From: Pocillopora damicornis
Taxonomy: Eukaryota
Assembly (NCBI RefSeq): GCF_003704095.1
Contig: NW_020847149.1
Location: 62,001 to 126,000, forward strand
Length of the DNA: 64,000 nucleotides
Direction: 5' to 3'
Made by a program: the position numbers and the translations under genes. Of this stretch, positions 20,909 through 33,900 are shown piece after piece. The number at the start of each line of letters is the position of its first letter. Within the stretch, counting starts at the first letter, position 1. The notes under the pieces are model-generated. The model saw only the letters and a list, made by a program, of their open reading frames with translations. It searched no databases and was not told the origin of the DNA.

Positions 20909-23900
20909 GACCAGTCAATCGCGAAAATCAAAATCTCCGTGACTCGAGCACGACTCCTTTTTGAGGTTTTATGCACGCTCATAAATCCACGCGCCAAAGT
21001 CTTTGCTGCTACAGCTGATTTCGCTGAGTGAATCCTTCAAGTTAATGGCAGTCTTTTATACTCACAGCCGACAAAATTGGCAACTGTCTGCTGCTAATTT
21101 CATAATAGCAGTTGCTAAACGATGGACGGCCCTCAGAAATATGCTGTTTTCTCATTAAGCCATTGGTAAAATTGATTAGAGGGCCCCATACAATACATAA
21201 TCGAAAGAACCGACTTATTAGTATCTTCACAATAAACAAACAAATTGTTCACGTATCCTTTTAACTCAAACATTAACCTATAATTCTGTGCGTTCGCCTT
21301 AATGATTTAAATTGGTCTTTATGGACCATGATAAGAAATAAATAAAGCCTGCAAATTTAATATATGTTTTTGAGAAGGAGAAATTAAGAGAAAACTTCCT
21401 CAACAGCTTTGGGGTTTTCACTCTTTGCGGGCCACTTTAACAACAAAATCGAATCTCTTTTTAAACAAAAGAATCAGTTTTAATCATAATATCCGTTCAA
21501 AGCTTTTGCCAGCGAAATGTACTGTCGGCATACGACATGTGGTAGCGAAGACAAAATTGGCATTGTTCTAAAGCCTTTTGTGTCGCCTGAGTTAATTAAT
21601 ACTTTTGTAGCGAAGTAGAACACACGAGATTCACTTCCTATTCCAGAGAAAAAGAAACACGCCAAGGTTTCTGTTTGATATTCATTTCTATTCAAGCAAA
21701 ACACCTGTTTCGCAAGTTTTCATTCATTAGGCTGGTCATCTTCGATACAACAAGGCAATTTGCTTGCAGGAAAGCTTTTTAATTCATCAATTATCCTATC
21801 CCGTTTAATGAGCAAAAGATATTTCGGAGTTTATTCCTTTAAAATTAACTCGACAAGAGAAAATTATCGATAGTTGCTGTGGGTTCCAAAGGCAATTAAT
21901 TCGCTGAAAACAATTAAAAGGTTGAGATTGAATAAGAGGGAGTGAAATCGATCCCTTCATGTGCTTCAGTTCCAGGCCTCAGTTCTTTTTTGTCTGATTT
22001 ATTTTATATACGATTTCTAAGAAAAGATTGTTGGAGAACATAACGTTTTGTACAAGCTGAAACACCTTTCTACAAAGAGTTGCTTTTTGGGGACTTAGAT
22101 GCAATATTCAACGCGGCTATTGTGTATATTTAGAATCAATTAAGTTGGTTTAATGAGTTCCTCTTAACCTAATATCAGTAATTTTCAATCCATTTCGTCA
22201 TTTTAGTGGATCAAATAAGAAGGTTTCTTTTGACCACGCAATAAAGAAAGGTTAATCTCTTGGAATCAATCGAGACAGTCTTTACTGGGTCGCTAACACG
22301 ATCCAATGACGGTAATCGCGTTTATCAATGACGGATTATCAGGGGTTTTACTCATGCACAAACAAATCGAAAAGCAATAACGTGTTCGTTCGCGTGTATT
22401 ACTGAAGGGTCGCAAAAAATTTACTGATTGAAATAGAATTCCAGCCGTGTAATTCCAAAGTCATAAATTTTTTTCGTTTAATAACCTTCTTTTTTATTTT
22501 GCGAGAGACACATTCTCAATGTAGCTGTTATTGAAGTAGACTTGCTAACTTGCCCCTCCTACCACGAGCAGGCAGGCGTTCCTAGTGTTCAAAACCGCAC
22601 TAATCGCATCTGATAACCTAACAATTCACGGGATAAACTGATCCGACTCGAGTCTTGTCAAGCTGCACGTATCATGTTTTTTTCCTCAGTTTCATAACTA
22701 AGTAATCTTAGCAAACTCAATTGATTGGCTAATATGCAGGATAATTTGATTAATGCAACGAGAACTCTTTAAATGTGATCTATGACCAAACAAGTTCGTT
22801 TATACGGCTAGCGTGTTTTGATGATAACATACGAGGGGATGAAATGCCGGCCACTGATTCTAGAAACGTGATAAAAGAATTTCTGCTAAAAGATAGGAAA
22901 ACCACTGAGTGAGGTTAGGATTTGAAAAAAAATTGACATTTGAAAGCTAACGAGTTATTTGCTCAAGAGGAAAGAACAAAGATACAGATCATAATGCAAA
23001 ACTTTCCGCCATGAGATTAGGAAATGCGTTTAGTTTTTCACCAGTTTTTGTGAGACTTTTTCTTTATGGATTCGAAATGTTAAAAATAGGGTTTCAAGAA
23101 TTATTCAACACTACGATTTGTGGCTCGGCAGTTTTGCGTCTTTTCGATCAATTTAGTTATGTTTCAAAATAAAGGTATTATGATCACATTAAGATGACAA
23201 GCTAATTAGAACACTAATGCTATGAATACTAGAATAATTAAGCAGAGTTTTGAAATCTTGTTTTCAAAGGGTATTTCTGTTTAGTTTGCGAGATTCAATT
23301 TTCTTTCATATTGCTTTTTAATCCAATAATCTGGACATGTCAAAAACTTGTTTGAATGGTTAAGCATCGATGATTTTCAACAAAAATTCACATTTCAACA
23401 TACAGGAACTTTCAATTCTTAAATGACAAATATAGAGACTTTTACTGCAAAGAATGACTGTTTGAAAAGTTCTCTCGGTTATGGTAATTTTTCAATTCAC
23501 GACAGAGCGAAAGATGATTAAGTTATATCCTCACTGAAATTCTATTATTTGCTGTTCAAATAGTCTTTTGTGTGACATATAATGTGAAGGGGTTGAAGAT
23601 TTGATTTAAAAATAAAGACCGTGAGACAGATGTCCGAGAGAAGAAAATTTCAGAATTGTGGATCTGAAGAGCGGATTTATTCTACCCGCGCGTGTGAAAC
23701 TTTTTCCACTGGCTAAATTGTTTTCTGGTTTCCACTTTCTGCCATCTTGTCGCGCGGCAAGTTGTAACAGTTGAAAATCAACAAAACGATGAGACAATGC
23801 AATTTTACAAGGTCTTCGTTGTTTTGTCAATTTTTTTTTGGAAAAAAATTGAGTCATAAATAAAACCAGTGCGGTCTTAATTTAGACTCTGGCGCAGCAG

Positions 23901-26152
23901 GTGACGTGCAGTGCGGTCCGCCCATTTCAATGCTCACTGTTAAACTAATTTAACTTGAGAACAAGAACAGTTAATTGTATGAGGAAATTCACCATACATC
24001 GTAACACGAAAATTCACTAATTGGGTCGCGATTTGATACGTGGTCGGGCGGGATTCAGCGCAAAATTTGGGCGATTTGTACCGCAACTTTTAAGTCGCAA
24101 GTACTGATACAACAATGTGAAATGTGATTGATACACCTCTTTAGAGACACCTTAGAGCGTTCAGAGTTTTTTGCGAAGCAACCATTATTTACAACACGTG
24201 ATGTTCATACGGCTTCAGATCCATCATTTTTAGCTGTCAAAATGATCTTGGAGCATTTCAGCTTTCAGACTCTTATTTGACAGTTAATTTGCGAGAGAAA
24301 AACATGACTGATGCTATTGTCAGTTAAACATCAAAGTACCGATGTTTTGCTTCTTTTTACTATTCGCTTTGATACTGAGCTTCGCATTCAAACGATTAAC
24401 CACTAGTACTGCTGTTCTAAAACTGTTCACCTTTTTTTCAAATCGTGTAGAATTATTTTACCACGCACACTTTGAGAAAGCCGCGAATCGAGACAAAGAC
24501 GTATAATGATAAGATTATTATAACAATCTTTCAGTTTGTAATGGTTAAGGACAGGAGTTTTCTCTGGATATTTCCTGTTTCCGTAGCTTCCTTGTTTTCT
24601 TCACTCTACTGAATTTTTTTCTTGAGTTTCTTTGTTTCCTTTTTTTGATGAATGAGCTAATCGTTGTTGTTATTACTGAAATTAACAAGTTTGCTGTCTT
24701 CTCTATTCTGTCTTTAATTCGTGGATCTAGATATCATCATTTTTTCTTCAGAGACTTAATCTAACAATGAAAAATATACCTAGGACCACAACACCATACC
24801 TTTATCGCCAATATCTGTCACAGTACAGCTGCAAAACAACGAATTGCGATAGCAATATTTTTACAAAATCCTGCAAACTTATACTAATTTCAACTGAAAA
24901 CTTCTGGGTAGCACCTATGAGCGTAATCCGAAACAAAAGCTATTTGTTTCTTGTAAAATAGATGAGAAATGCGCCTGTCATGGTCTCCATTTTCCATGAA
25001 CTGAACCAAAATGTGCTGCAAACGAAGCCAATAGGTCGTCAAAAACAGTAAATCAGCTACCACAGATCTCTTAGGTTCTTTTTACTGACAAATGTCAGTT
25101 AAATTTTTGCTTCAGAGAATCATCTCTTCTGAACATTGCACTTAACCTGTGTCCTCACTGCCATTGCGATGCTAAAAATTGTCTCTGACAGCAACTTAAG
25201 TATAAGTTAACATTAAGAGACCCTAGGAACTGAACACCATACAAGCATGTTGGTCTCTCGAGCCAAGTTTGTTAGCTGCCTCAAACTATCATGTTCTGTC
25301 GAAAGATGCGCAAGACAAAGGCGAATACATCAAAACTGGTCACAGTTTTGGGTTTTTACCGTCGGCAGATGTTGAAGGGTATGAAAATGCCTAGATAATA
25401 AATAGCACTGTAAGCTCTACATTCAGTTCATCAGCATCCCAATTTTTCCCGTCCATGTAGCTTCCGTCATGAATTCACTAGGAAAGTCTAGTAAGTACCA
25501 GGTAGGTACACCGATGACAGGATCTCGTGAACATTCCAAAAGAGAAAAAAAGAGCCGGTTCCGCTTTTTTTGTGCTATTTTGGTTCAGTAGCTCATAAAC
25601 AAGAATTTTTCTAAACAATTTCTTCATTTACTAACGAGATTAATGTTATGAAGCTTACAGATACGTCAGCCAGCTTTATTTAAGATTTTCATCATTTCTT
25701 ATATCTTGGTTACAGGTCAGTTTAGCGAAGATTTAGGGTGGCATTTCGCTCAGATAGCCGACGAAGAAATATCTAGTAATTGAGAGAGCAATAAAACTAT
25801 ACAATATATATATTTTCTTTTAGAGGAGACGGGGAAATCAAAGAGATTGTCTAGTATGATAGCCATAGCATGTTTTTATAAGAATTTTACTTTAAATAAA
25901 AACACCATTCAACGTATATGTACAATCTACAGCACTGCCTATATACCATAAATACTCTAAGTTAGGATATTTGTACATTGTACAGCTTATAATCAAGTAG
26001 TGCATCATATGCGCAATGTCTATGCCTTGTTCTACGGTAAAAACTGTACCCTCGGAGCTGTATTTTCATAGGTAAGTTAGAATATGTAAGGCAGTCAGGT
26101 GATTCCGTATGCCTTAAGACTACGTGTGATATAGAATTATCATGATGAGTAT

Positions 26153-29100
26153 CTATGGCGATCGACTGACGAACAACGATCCTTTTGCTGTCGACCTGCG
26201 CTTTCGTTTGCTTCGACGAAGTCTGATCTTCGTCGGAGTGGCCTCGACAATCCTATATCGATCGGTCTTCTTGCGTTTTGATCTGCTGATATGGCTAGAG
26301 TCGCTGTCGTTGTCGTTTCGGCGTCGTTTCTTTGTAGATTTCACGACAGAGTATAGATTGTCTTGAAATCGGACAACTTTGAGGGGTGTCACCGTCTGTG
26401 CGGGCTTCCAAGGAGGACTCGGCGTTCCTCGGAACGATAGTTGAGTCTCCGACTTTCTCTTCGGGGTCCTACGTGATGGTGGCGAAGATGACAGCTTTGT
26501 TGGTGTCCCCTGGCTCTTATCAGTGGTGGATTTCACTGCGACGGGAGACCTACTCCTTGTTCTTGATCTGAAAAGTAAGGGTTGTGAATAAGTAAGAGGG
26601 TTGTGAATAATTTGTGTGACTGAATGTTTCTATCAAATTTTTACATTCTAATAATCGCATTATTCATAATGAGAATTTGCATCCCTATGTACCAATAGAT
26701 ATGACGGATGATTTGCTTGGCCATAAACGTATCGGCCTAAACTATTCAACCTGTTCTGATTGACTGACAACTAAATAATTGTTTCAAAGATGAATTTTCC
26801 GAATTGCGATAAAATTATTTCCACGTTTCGTGCTTACCTTGTTACACAAGTTGTCTTTGATGGGTCTCCCATCCTATTACTCCTAACTTCATCTTCAAAC
26901 TCTTTCAAACTCTTTCCTCGTCCTATGAGCCTGTCCAGTTCTGCGTAAGTATTTCTCCGTGTGGCGGTCACCTTGTGTTGTGTACTTGCGACATGTTTCT
27001 CTATTCCCACGTAATTTGCATCACACAGTTCACAGTATCCCTTCTTGTCTTCACTTCCTGTTGGTTCCCGGGTGATCTTACGTCTGTTACTCCTCCTTGG
27101 ACTCTTGGATGAGCTTCTTGATCTCGTGCGCATGCTCACAGGTTCATCAAATGGCGAGAAGCCGGGTGGGGCGTCTAAGTTAAGCCGCGGCCAGACCCTG
27201 AGTTCTTTGACAAGTGGCTTGTATTCTCTGAAGAGGAACAAACACTAACTATTGGTAAATTGTAATTTGATGTATCGATTTTTTTTAGATTATCGTTAAC
27301 ACGTAGCAGGGGGTTTTACCTGGGTTCTGACAACCAAAGAACGAAGGTATTACGAAGGTATTTCCTCATGAGCTCCAGACAGTTTACGAACTGCAAACCA
27401 AAATTTTTTTAACTCAACATTAACTTAAACTCGTATTACCTTTCCTTTGAAAGCTAATTGTTTTTTGAAATATTGTAGCTCATCAATGCGGAGCACTCGG
27501 TCTAACGACTTTTAGCTCGTCATTTAAAGACAGATAAACCTACTTGCTGGCTGTACAATATGGCCAGAATTCTTCATAATAAACTCCTCCCTTTCATTTT
27601 ACAGCAAGCATGTAAATTTATGTCATTAGATCACTAACATCGGGTCTCGAATTTAGAGCAAAGTACAGGTACTCACCGACTGTGATCTTCCACTTTCAGG
27701 AAAGCTCCCCGCAGGCTGCACATGCGACAAGTTGACTCAGCGTTTGCTTGTCGCTTCTTCTGCTCATCAATCCATTTTAAAACCAGCTCAACCTGTTTGA
27801 CTTGAACTCCCCACGTCTGTGCATTGGTAAAGACATCAGTACTCTTGACTGCGCGCTTCTCTTGCTTAACTGACTTTTGGAGCATGGCTTGAGCACGAGT
27901 TTGCTACGAGAAAGAAGGAAATCGGTTTATTAGTTGCGATTTAAGTGCCAACAGAGTAATATTCATTATTGTTTCCTGGATTTGCTAAGGCTGAGGGTTT
28001 TCAATCGATTGACTTAAAAAACACGTAACTTTTTCCACCAATTAAGAAAAAATAAAGAAAATAAAAAAAATTTGAACCAACGTAAACGACACTATTTCCT
28101 GCTCGAAGTCGCTAAGGTTTTTTGTATCATTTTTTTGTAAAGGGCATCTTCCGAAATGTCCCTTTGTTCTGATTAGCTTTGGCATGTCTTCGGTTTTGGT
28201 TTCATGAGACTCAATCAGAAAGATCCCGCTTATTTACTGATTACAAAAGATGTAAACAATACATAAAACTTACCCCCCGAAGTCTCGATAAGGCAAAGTC
28301 AGTGGATTCTTTCTTTTGAGACGTTTGGCGGAGCGATGTTATCGGCTGGTCTGTCACAACGCAGGAGAGATCCTTACTCAGAAATTTCTCGACCACCTAA
28401 AGAAAAAAAAAATGGAGTTGGACCCGTTACTCTGTTAATCTCCGATTCTGGTTTGTGCTTAAACGCGAAAATGTCCCTTCAAACCATCAAAAATGCAAAC
28501 AAACTTTACAAGTCACGTACAAGCATTCAGCCCTCCCCGCTATGGAACCTGTTCTAATCGCTAACATGTGGGTAAACATGGATACTCACCCCTCCCAGCT
28601 CCTTGATTTTCTTTTCCACTTCCCTCGCTTTAACTGCTGACCGTACGTGAATGAAAAATGTTTTTCCTTGAAGCGAGGTGACAGGGTATTGCAAGCGACA
28701 GCGACTACGTACTTCAGGAGCTAAAGTAATGAAAAGAAAGCAGAGAAGTGTTCCTTGTGAGAAAAAGTGTGAGGAAACCTAAATTATAAGCAAACTTAAC
28801 CCTTCTAATGTGAATTTTTTTTTCTTGTTCAAAGCGTCGAAGAGGGAAAAGCGTCAAAGAGATCAATCTTCATTGACCTAAAACAGGATGAATGGTTGGA
28901 AACATCAATAAATTCAGCGCAGGATGGAATCCAATTAGACGAGAAACAATCAAGCATACCCTCATCCTTTCTGATGATGTCTAGACAGCAATTTAGTTTC
29001 ATTGACCAATGCTACCTTAAAATCAATTAGCGAACGATAAAACTTGAAAATTGCGCAGCTTTTTTTTAACGAAGGAATCAAACAACTAGATTGCTTCGGA

Positions 29101-29205
29101 AACTTCCGGCAGACAGTGAAACATTGTCTTAAAACGATCAATGAGGTATAACTTACCTTTGTCTTTGAGTCTTGCTCCTCTCGTTCCCTTTGATCCAGAA
29201 CTCAT
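26153..29205 (-). CDS. DBF4: DBF4/ASK-like Cdc7 kinase activator, about 444 aa, 6 exons
   Basis: Exons 29157-29205, 28590-28720, 28274-28396, 27677-27903, 26838-27227 and 26153-26567 are phase-compatible. Motif N/BRCT: LQGKTFFIHV...IKELGGVVEKFLSKDLSCVVTD...NAQTWGVQV. Motif M: FLKVEDHSREYKP...SPF. Motif C zinc finger: KKGYCELC...EKHVASTQH. Confidence 0.92.
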
Positions 29206-29298
29206 CTTCCAGCTACTTCTTTCTTGAACTATGAACTGTTGTCACTCTCTGCTCACCACTACTAATATATTTACTATGAATAAGCCTGTCCTTTTAAG

Positions 29299-29405
29299 TC
29301 GCGCGGTCATTAATTGACGCTAATCGATAATGACGTCATAATCGGCGGTAATAAATCGCGCGAGTTTGTCGGCCGCCGAAAAAGGCGGTGTGGGGCCGTC
29401 ACGTG
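29299..29405. promoter_or_regulatory. GC-rich DBF4 promoter region with CRE and E2F-like motifs
   Basis: TGACGTCA at 29331-29338 and several CGCG/GGCG motifs, including CGCCGAAAA (TTTTCGGCG on the minus strand). These lie 100-200 bp upstream of the ATG, consistent with an S-phase gene. Confidence 0.5.
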
Positions 29406-30507
29406 TTTGATTTATACCGCCATGTACATCAAACCGTTAAAAACTTATCGAAATAAATGCATCGTTGTTAGGGGTCGTTTAGGATTCATTGATTTCTTCT
29501 GTAAGAAGACTTCACATTTTAGATATGCAGAAAGAGCGACATATGCGGATTGCCTTTTGTGCGGGTACGACATTGATGACAGAAAAAAAACGCGAGAGCA
29601 GGTGGCATTTTGTTTCAAGTAGAACCCACCTGAGAGAAGAATACAAAAAGTCCCTCCTTCCCAGCAAAAGAAAGATTTGAACTAAGCAATAAATCGTAGC
29701 CTCAGACCGCGCGTAGACCTTCTTTTTTTACCAACAATTTTTCTCTTTTCTCTTTTTCGCGATGGACTAAGCTGGGAAAAAGGCCAAAAGGAAAAACTGT
29801 ACGAGCCTACACTAAGAGTCACCTAAAACACAGAGCACATTTAAAATAAATCCTTGAAACATTCAACCGTTAGTCAGCCAATGGAGGGCTCTTAGCCGCG
29901 GTGAGCGAAAAAGCACACGAAAAGTGGTAAGCAAGCAGACGAGGCGGTTGCAGTAGTCAAGGAAACAGCTGCTTTCTTTTTCCTCCCGCTAATTTCGCGA
30001 ACGCACTAACTGAAAGCCTAGAACAGGCTAACCATTACAAAACTGCAACTATCAGAGAACAACGAACAACAGGAACAATGAGCACCAGAGAAATATTTCC
30101 GGCACTATTTACAGAAAGAACCGACAAAAGCGTATACCCCCTCGACTAAAAAGAGGATTTTTGTGATAACAAGTAAATTGATGCGAGAAACTCTTAAATG
30201 TGTGTCTGTGACCATAGATATTTCTATTTCGATAGTTACCTCTCTTACCTTTGATATCATAACCAATAAACAGCTTTTTATTAATCACTCTTTAAATAGT
30301 TTCAATAAGGCTTTTATTTGTTATTCTCATCCGGGGTAAATGGCGGCTTTACCTGAATGACACACGTTGCTTTCTTCGTGTGCATTAGTTTCCGAGGCTT
30401 TCTTTTGCCTCGTATAAAACATTTGCGAGCAGTTTCTCAGGAAATGTCTTACAAACTAGAACGTTCATTCAAATCATCAATATTAAGTCTCTTTAGTCCT
30501 TCGATCA

Positions 30508-30952
30508 TTACCAGCCTCCTTTCTTTTTCTTGGTTCGCTGTTTCTTCTTGGCAGCCTGGGGCTGCTGTTGCCGAGGCGGCACTACGTTCGCGGTACTACC
30601 CGACGCAGAGGGGGTACCAGGAGGAGAAGCGGGCTTAGGACTACCGGGTGTTTTAGGACTGGACGAACTACAGAAGAAAGAAAGAAAGAAAGAAAGAACC
30701 AATTGGATGAACCACAGAAGAAGGAAAGAAAAAACAAAATATAGCAGTTGATTAATGAAAGAACCAAAGCTGTTCAACAACCTTTAGACTAGTTCACTTA
30801 GTGCTGAAACCTTGTCTAGTGACTGTTTGGCAAGGTTTCTGTGAACCTATTTGAGATAGCAGGTAATTTAGTTTTAACAACTAAGTTGAAAACGAAAATT
30901 GGCCACCGTAAAAAATGTTAAAGGCTGACGTCTCGAGCGTTAGCGCTCTATA

Positions 30953-30991
<39 letters not shown>

Positions 30992-33900
30992 TACTCCTTT
31001 ATCTATTTGAGATAGTTTGACTCAAACGGATGAATCTTCTAGTTTTACCACTGTATCTTTAGACTGTCCGTGGATCCCGCTTAAATTTTAGGGAGGTAAC
31101 CAGCGTCGTTTTACAGTATTACAAGAAGATTGATTGCATGATCATTTGGGTAATTCAGTATGGCGCAAAATAATTATGTCTAGTCCCTAGTTGCTGCTGT
31201 GACTTTTGAAAATAACTTCCTCTTTATCAAAATTTACCGTTGAAAAAAATGATCCTCAAAGCATCGATCAATCTTAGTTCACAAAGTAACTAGTGAAAAC
31301 TATTTTATCAGAGAGCTGATCACAATCTGTGTAAAACTTTTCCGTTTTACAGATATTCCAACCCACTGTCTGTAACTTTTTCAAATAGAAAAAAACATTA
31401 TTTGAGGCTGAAACAAACCATTATTAAAAAAAACCTTTGAAGTCAGAACAATAAACACCCCAATTTATATGGTAATGTTATTGACTTTCCATGAGGCTTT
31501 TGAGCGAAATGAAGGCTTTGATTCTTGGCCACCCATTGCAAATGAGGATCTATTTTGTGATTGCATGGCATGATATCAGTCTTTTGTTTCCATATTTCCT
31601 TTCATCTCTTAAAAATAATTAAAGCATTGAGCGTGGAACTTACGCGTCTGAGGGAGCTGCAGCACCTTGTGTTCCTTTGCCTGTCATACACAGCAAAAAT
31701 CAAATATTACTTACAGCTGTATGCACAGCACTGGCAACAATATTAGGGGGTAGGAGGCGTAAAGGTTGTGACAGAGAAGGGCAGTATTCACTGACCCCAG
31801 TAGCAAAAGGATCACCATGGCAACAGAGCGAAGCCTATCTTCGGTCACCCGTCAACACAACATTAACAAACCAGTGCGTGGAATGAATATATACCCTGAT
31901 TGGGGAAGGGGAAAACGGAAAAACAATTTAAGCGGAAAAAACCAGGAGACAGTGTCCTTCAAATTTCCCTCGAGCCCCACAACACAGTGGTATAACCACA
32001 GCATGAACTTGGTTCTAACATCGCCAGAAAAAGCCGAAAGACGCATGCGCAGGCTTGAACACTTTCATTTCACCTTTGAACACTTCGCAAAATTTAGTCG
32101 CAAACCGTTGCAGTTCGATCGCGAAAACTCAAAGTGTGCAAGCTGTACTGGGCGGTCCTCAGCGACTGTTGTCAGCTTTCGTTTGCAAGAAAGCCATAGA
32201 GTGGATGGCAAATATATAATAATTGTTTGGTGTTGCTCATAAAAGTTCGTGATATACGCAGACATCATTCAGCTGTCCCCAAATGCAAATTACATCTAGC
32301 AGCGCTAATAAGTTTGCACTTGTCAAAGGAAAAATTGTCGGATACTTACTTAACCCTTTAACCCTTAAGAGTGATTAGCATCTAATTTCTCCTTACAACA
32401 TCACCCCCCAAATCACACATACAAGTCACAAGAAAAAAGGAGATGATCACCAATGATAGAAGCACTAGATTGTTAGACAAATTCTCCTTGTCAGCACCTT
32501 AGGAAATGTATTGAGAACAGTATGGAGAATATATCTACTGATGTGAGGGTGTGAAGGGTTGAGTTAGAGACCTTGTAGTTCATTAGTCTGAAAATCTGGT
32601 CAGTCAGCTTTTGAACAAGGAAATGTAGTAGAATAAAAATGTTTCATATGCTTCCATCCCAGCTGCCCAGGAAATCTTTGAACTTTCCAGTGAAAATGCT
32701 GCTCAAGGACTGGTGACGCCATTACACCCTCTGCTTCCAAACCAACGCAGAGAAACGGGTAATCCATAGAAAAACGTTAACGATCTTTGACGCTCTCGTT
32801 CACCTTCAATATCCCATACAGAGTCACCAGTGCAAACCCGTTAGCTTATTTTTTCTTTACGTTCTGAAGACAAACAAGCCACAGGCAACCTACCTACTGA
32901 GGCACCCTTCTTCTGCCTTTTACCCTTGTAGTACGTCCGTTCTCTTTTCGGTATCCAGCGTTCGGGATCTGGATCGACCTCGGCGTTGTAGTTTTTCGGT
33001 AGTTTACCTGGGTAACCAGTAGAAACATTCAAACCAAACGGAAAGAGTGAATGAAGAAGAAATAGGGAGGATAAAAATACACTGAGTGTTGATTATTGAT
33101 GACCAAAAGAAAAAAAACCGAGTCAGATCCTTTCGTTTCACTAACATTCAACAAAACAGTGAGCCATATAACCTTCTTGATCACTCATAGGGCAAGTGTT
33201 GCCTTTCTGTCAGTATCGAGTACAAAACGTGTATCAGTATACCTCTCTTCCGCTTTCTCTTCCGTCTTTTTACGAAACTTTCTTTCCTGTAAAATAGCAA
33301 TAAAAAGACGTATATAGTTGATATTCAATGAAAAAGGACTTTGGTTGTTTGATGCGAGATAAGGTTAAATCAGGACTGTTTTCGACCTAACAACTATCAT
33401 CAGTTCTCAGTAAGCATTGTTGTTGCATTTATGTTTTGCCGAGATGTTGCATAGAGAAATTGAGAATAAGCTCTGGTTATAGACAGAAATTAAGACGCCT
33501 CATTACTTACGTCAAATCCACCATTTCTGTATCGCCACCCTCTTGTTTCATTCTTGCCCGACCGTATCGAGATCCCATGGTTCTCAGCGACATCTCCAAC
33601 TCCTCCACGTTTATAGATGAACTCTGAGCCTGCGTGTCCAGCGGCTTGAGTTTTTCACTGTAACTGTATTGAACATGCAGTTAAGGAAAGGTAACTGAAA
33701 TTAAGCTGTGCTGTCATTTGATCTTCTCTTGAGAGGATTTACGGGGTTGTGGAATAATCTAGTTTTAGCAGGACCTTGCAGACAACCTTGCAAGAAGCAC
33801 CGACGAGGTTTGACTCTATCATGCAATCGGAAGTGCAAACGACAGAGCTGAAAGAAATGCACCCATGTGAAAACTTTTCGAGCTCTCGAAGGAAACCATC

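Noticed and set aside
24740-25380. Hidden Cys-rich gene between Not and DBF4
   Set aside because: Acceptor- and donor-like signals exist, but all frames are interrupted by stops and I recognise no homology.
30670-30700. (GAAA)n microsatellite as a separate element
   Set aside because: It is the (TTTC)n polypyrimidine tract of the last SRP72 acceptor.
30920-30950. Hammerhead ribozyme in the Penelope-like remnant
   Set aside because: The CTGANGA core is missing and GAAA is changed to GAGA on the relevant strand.
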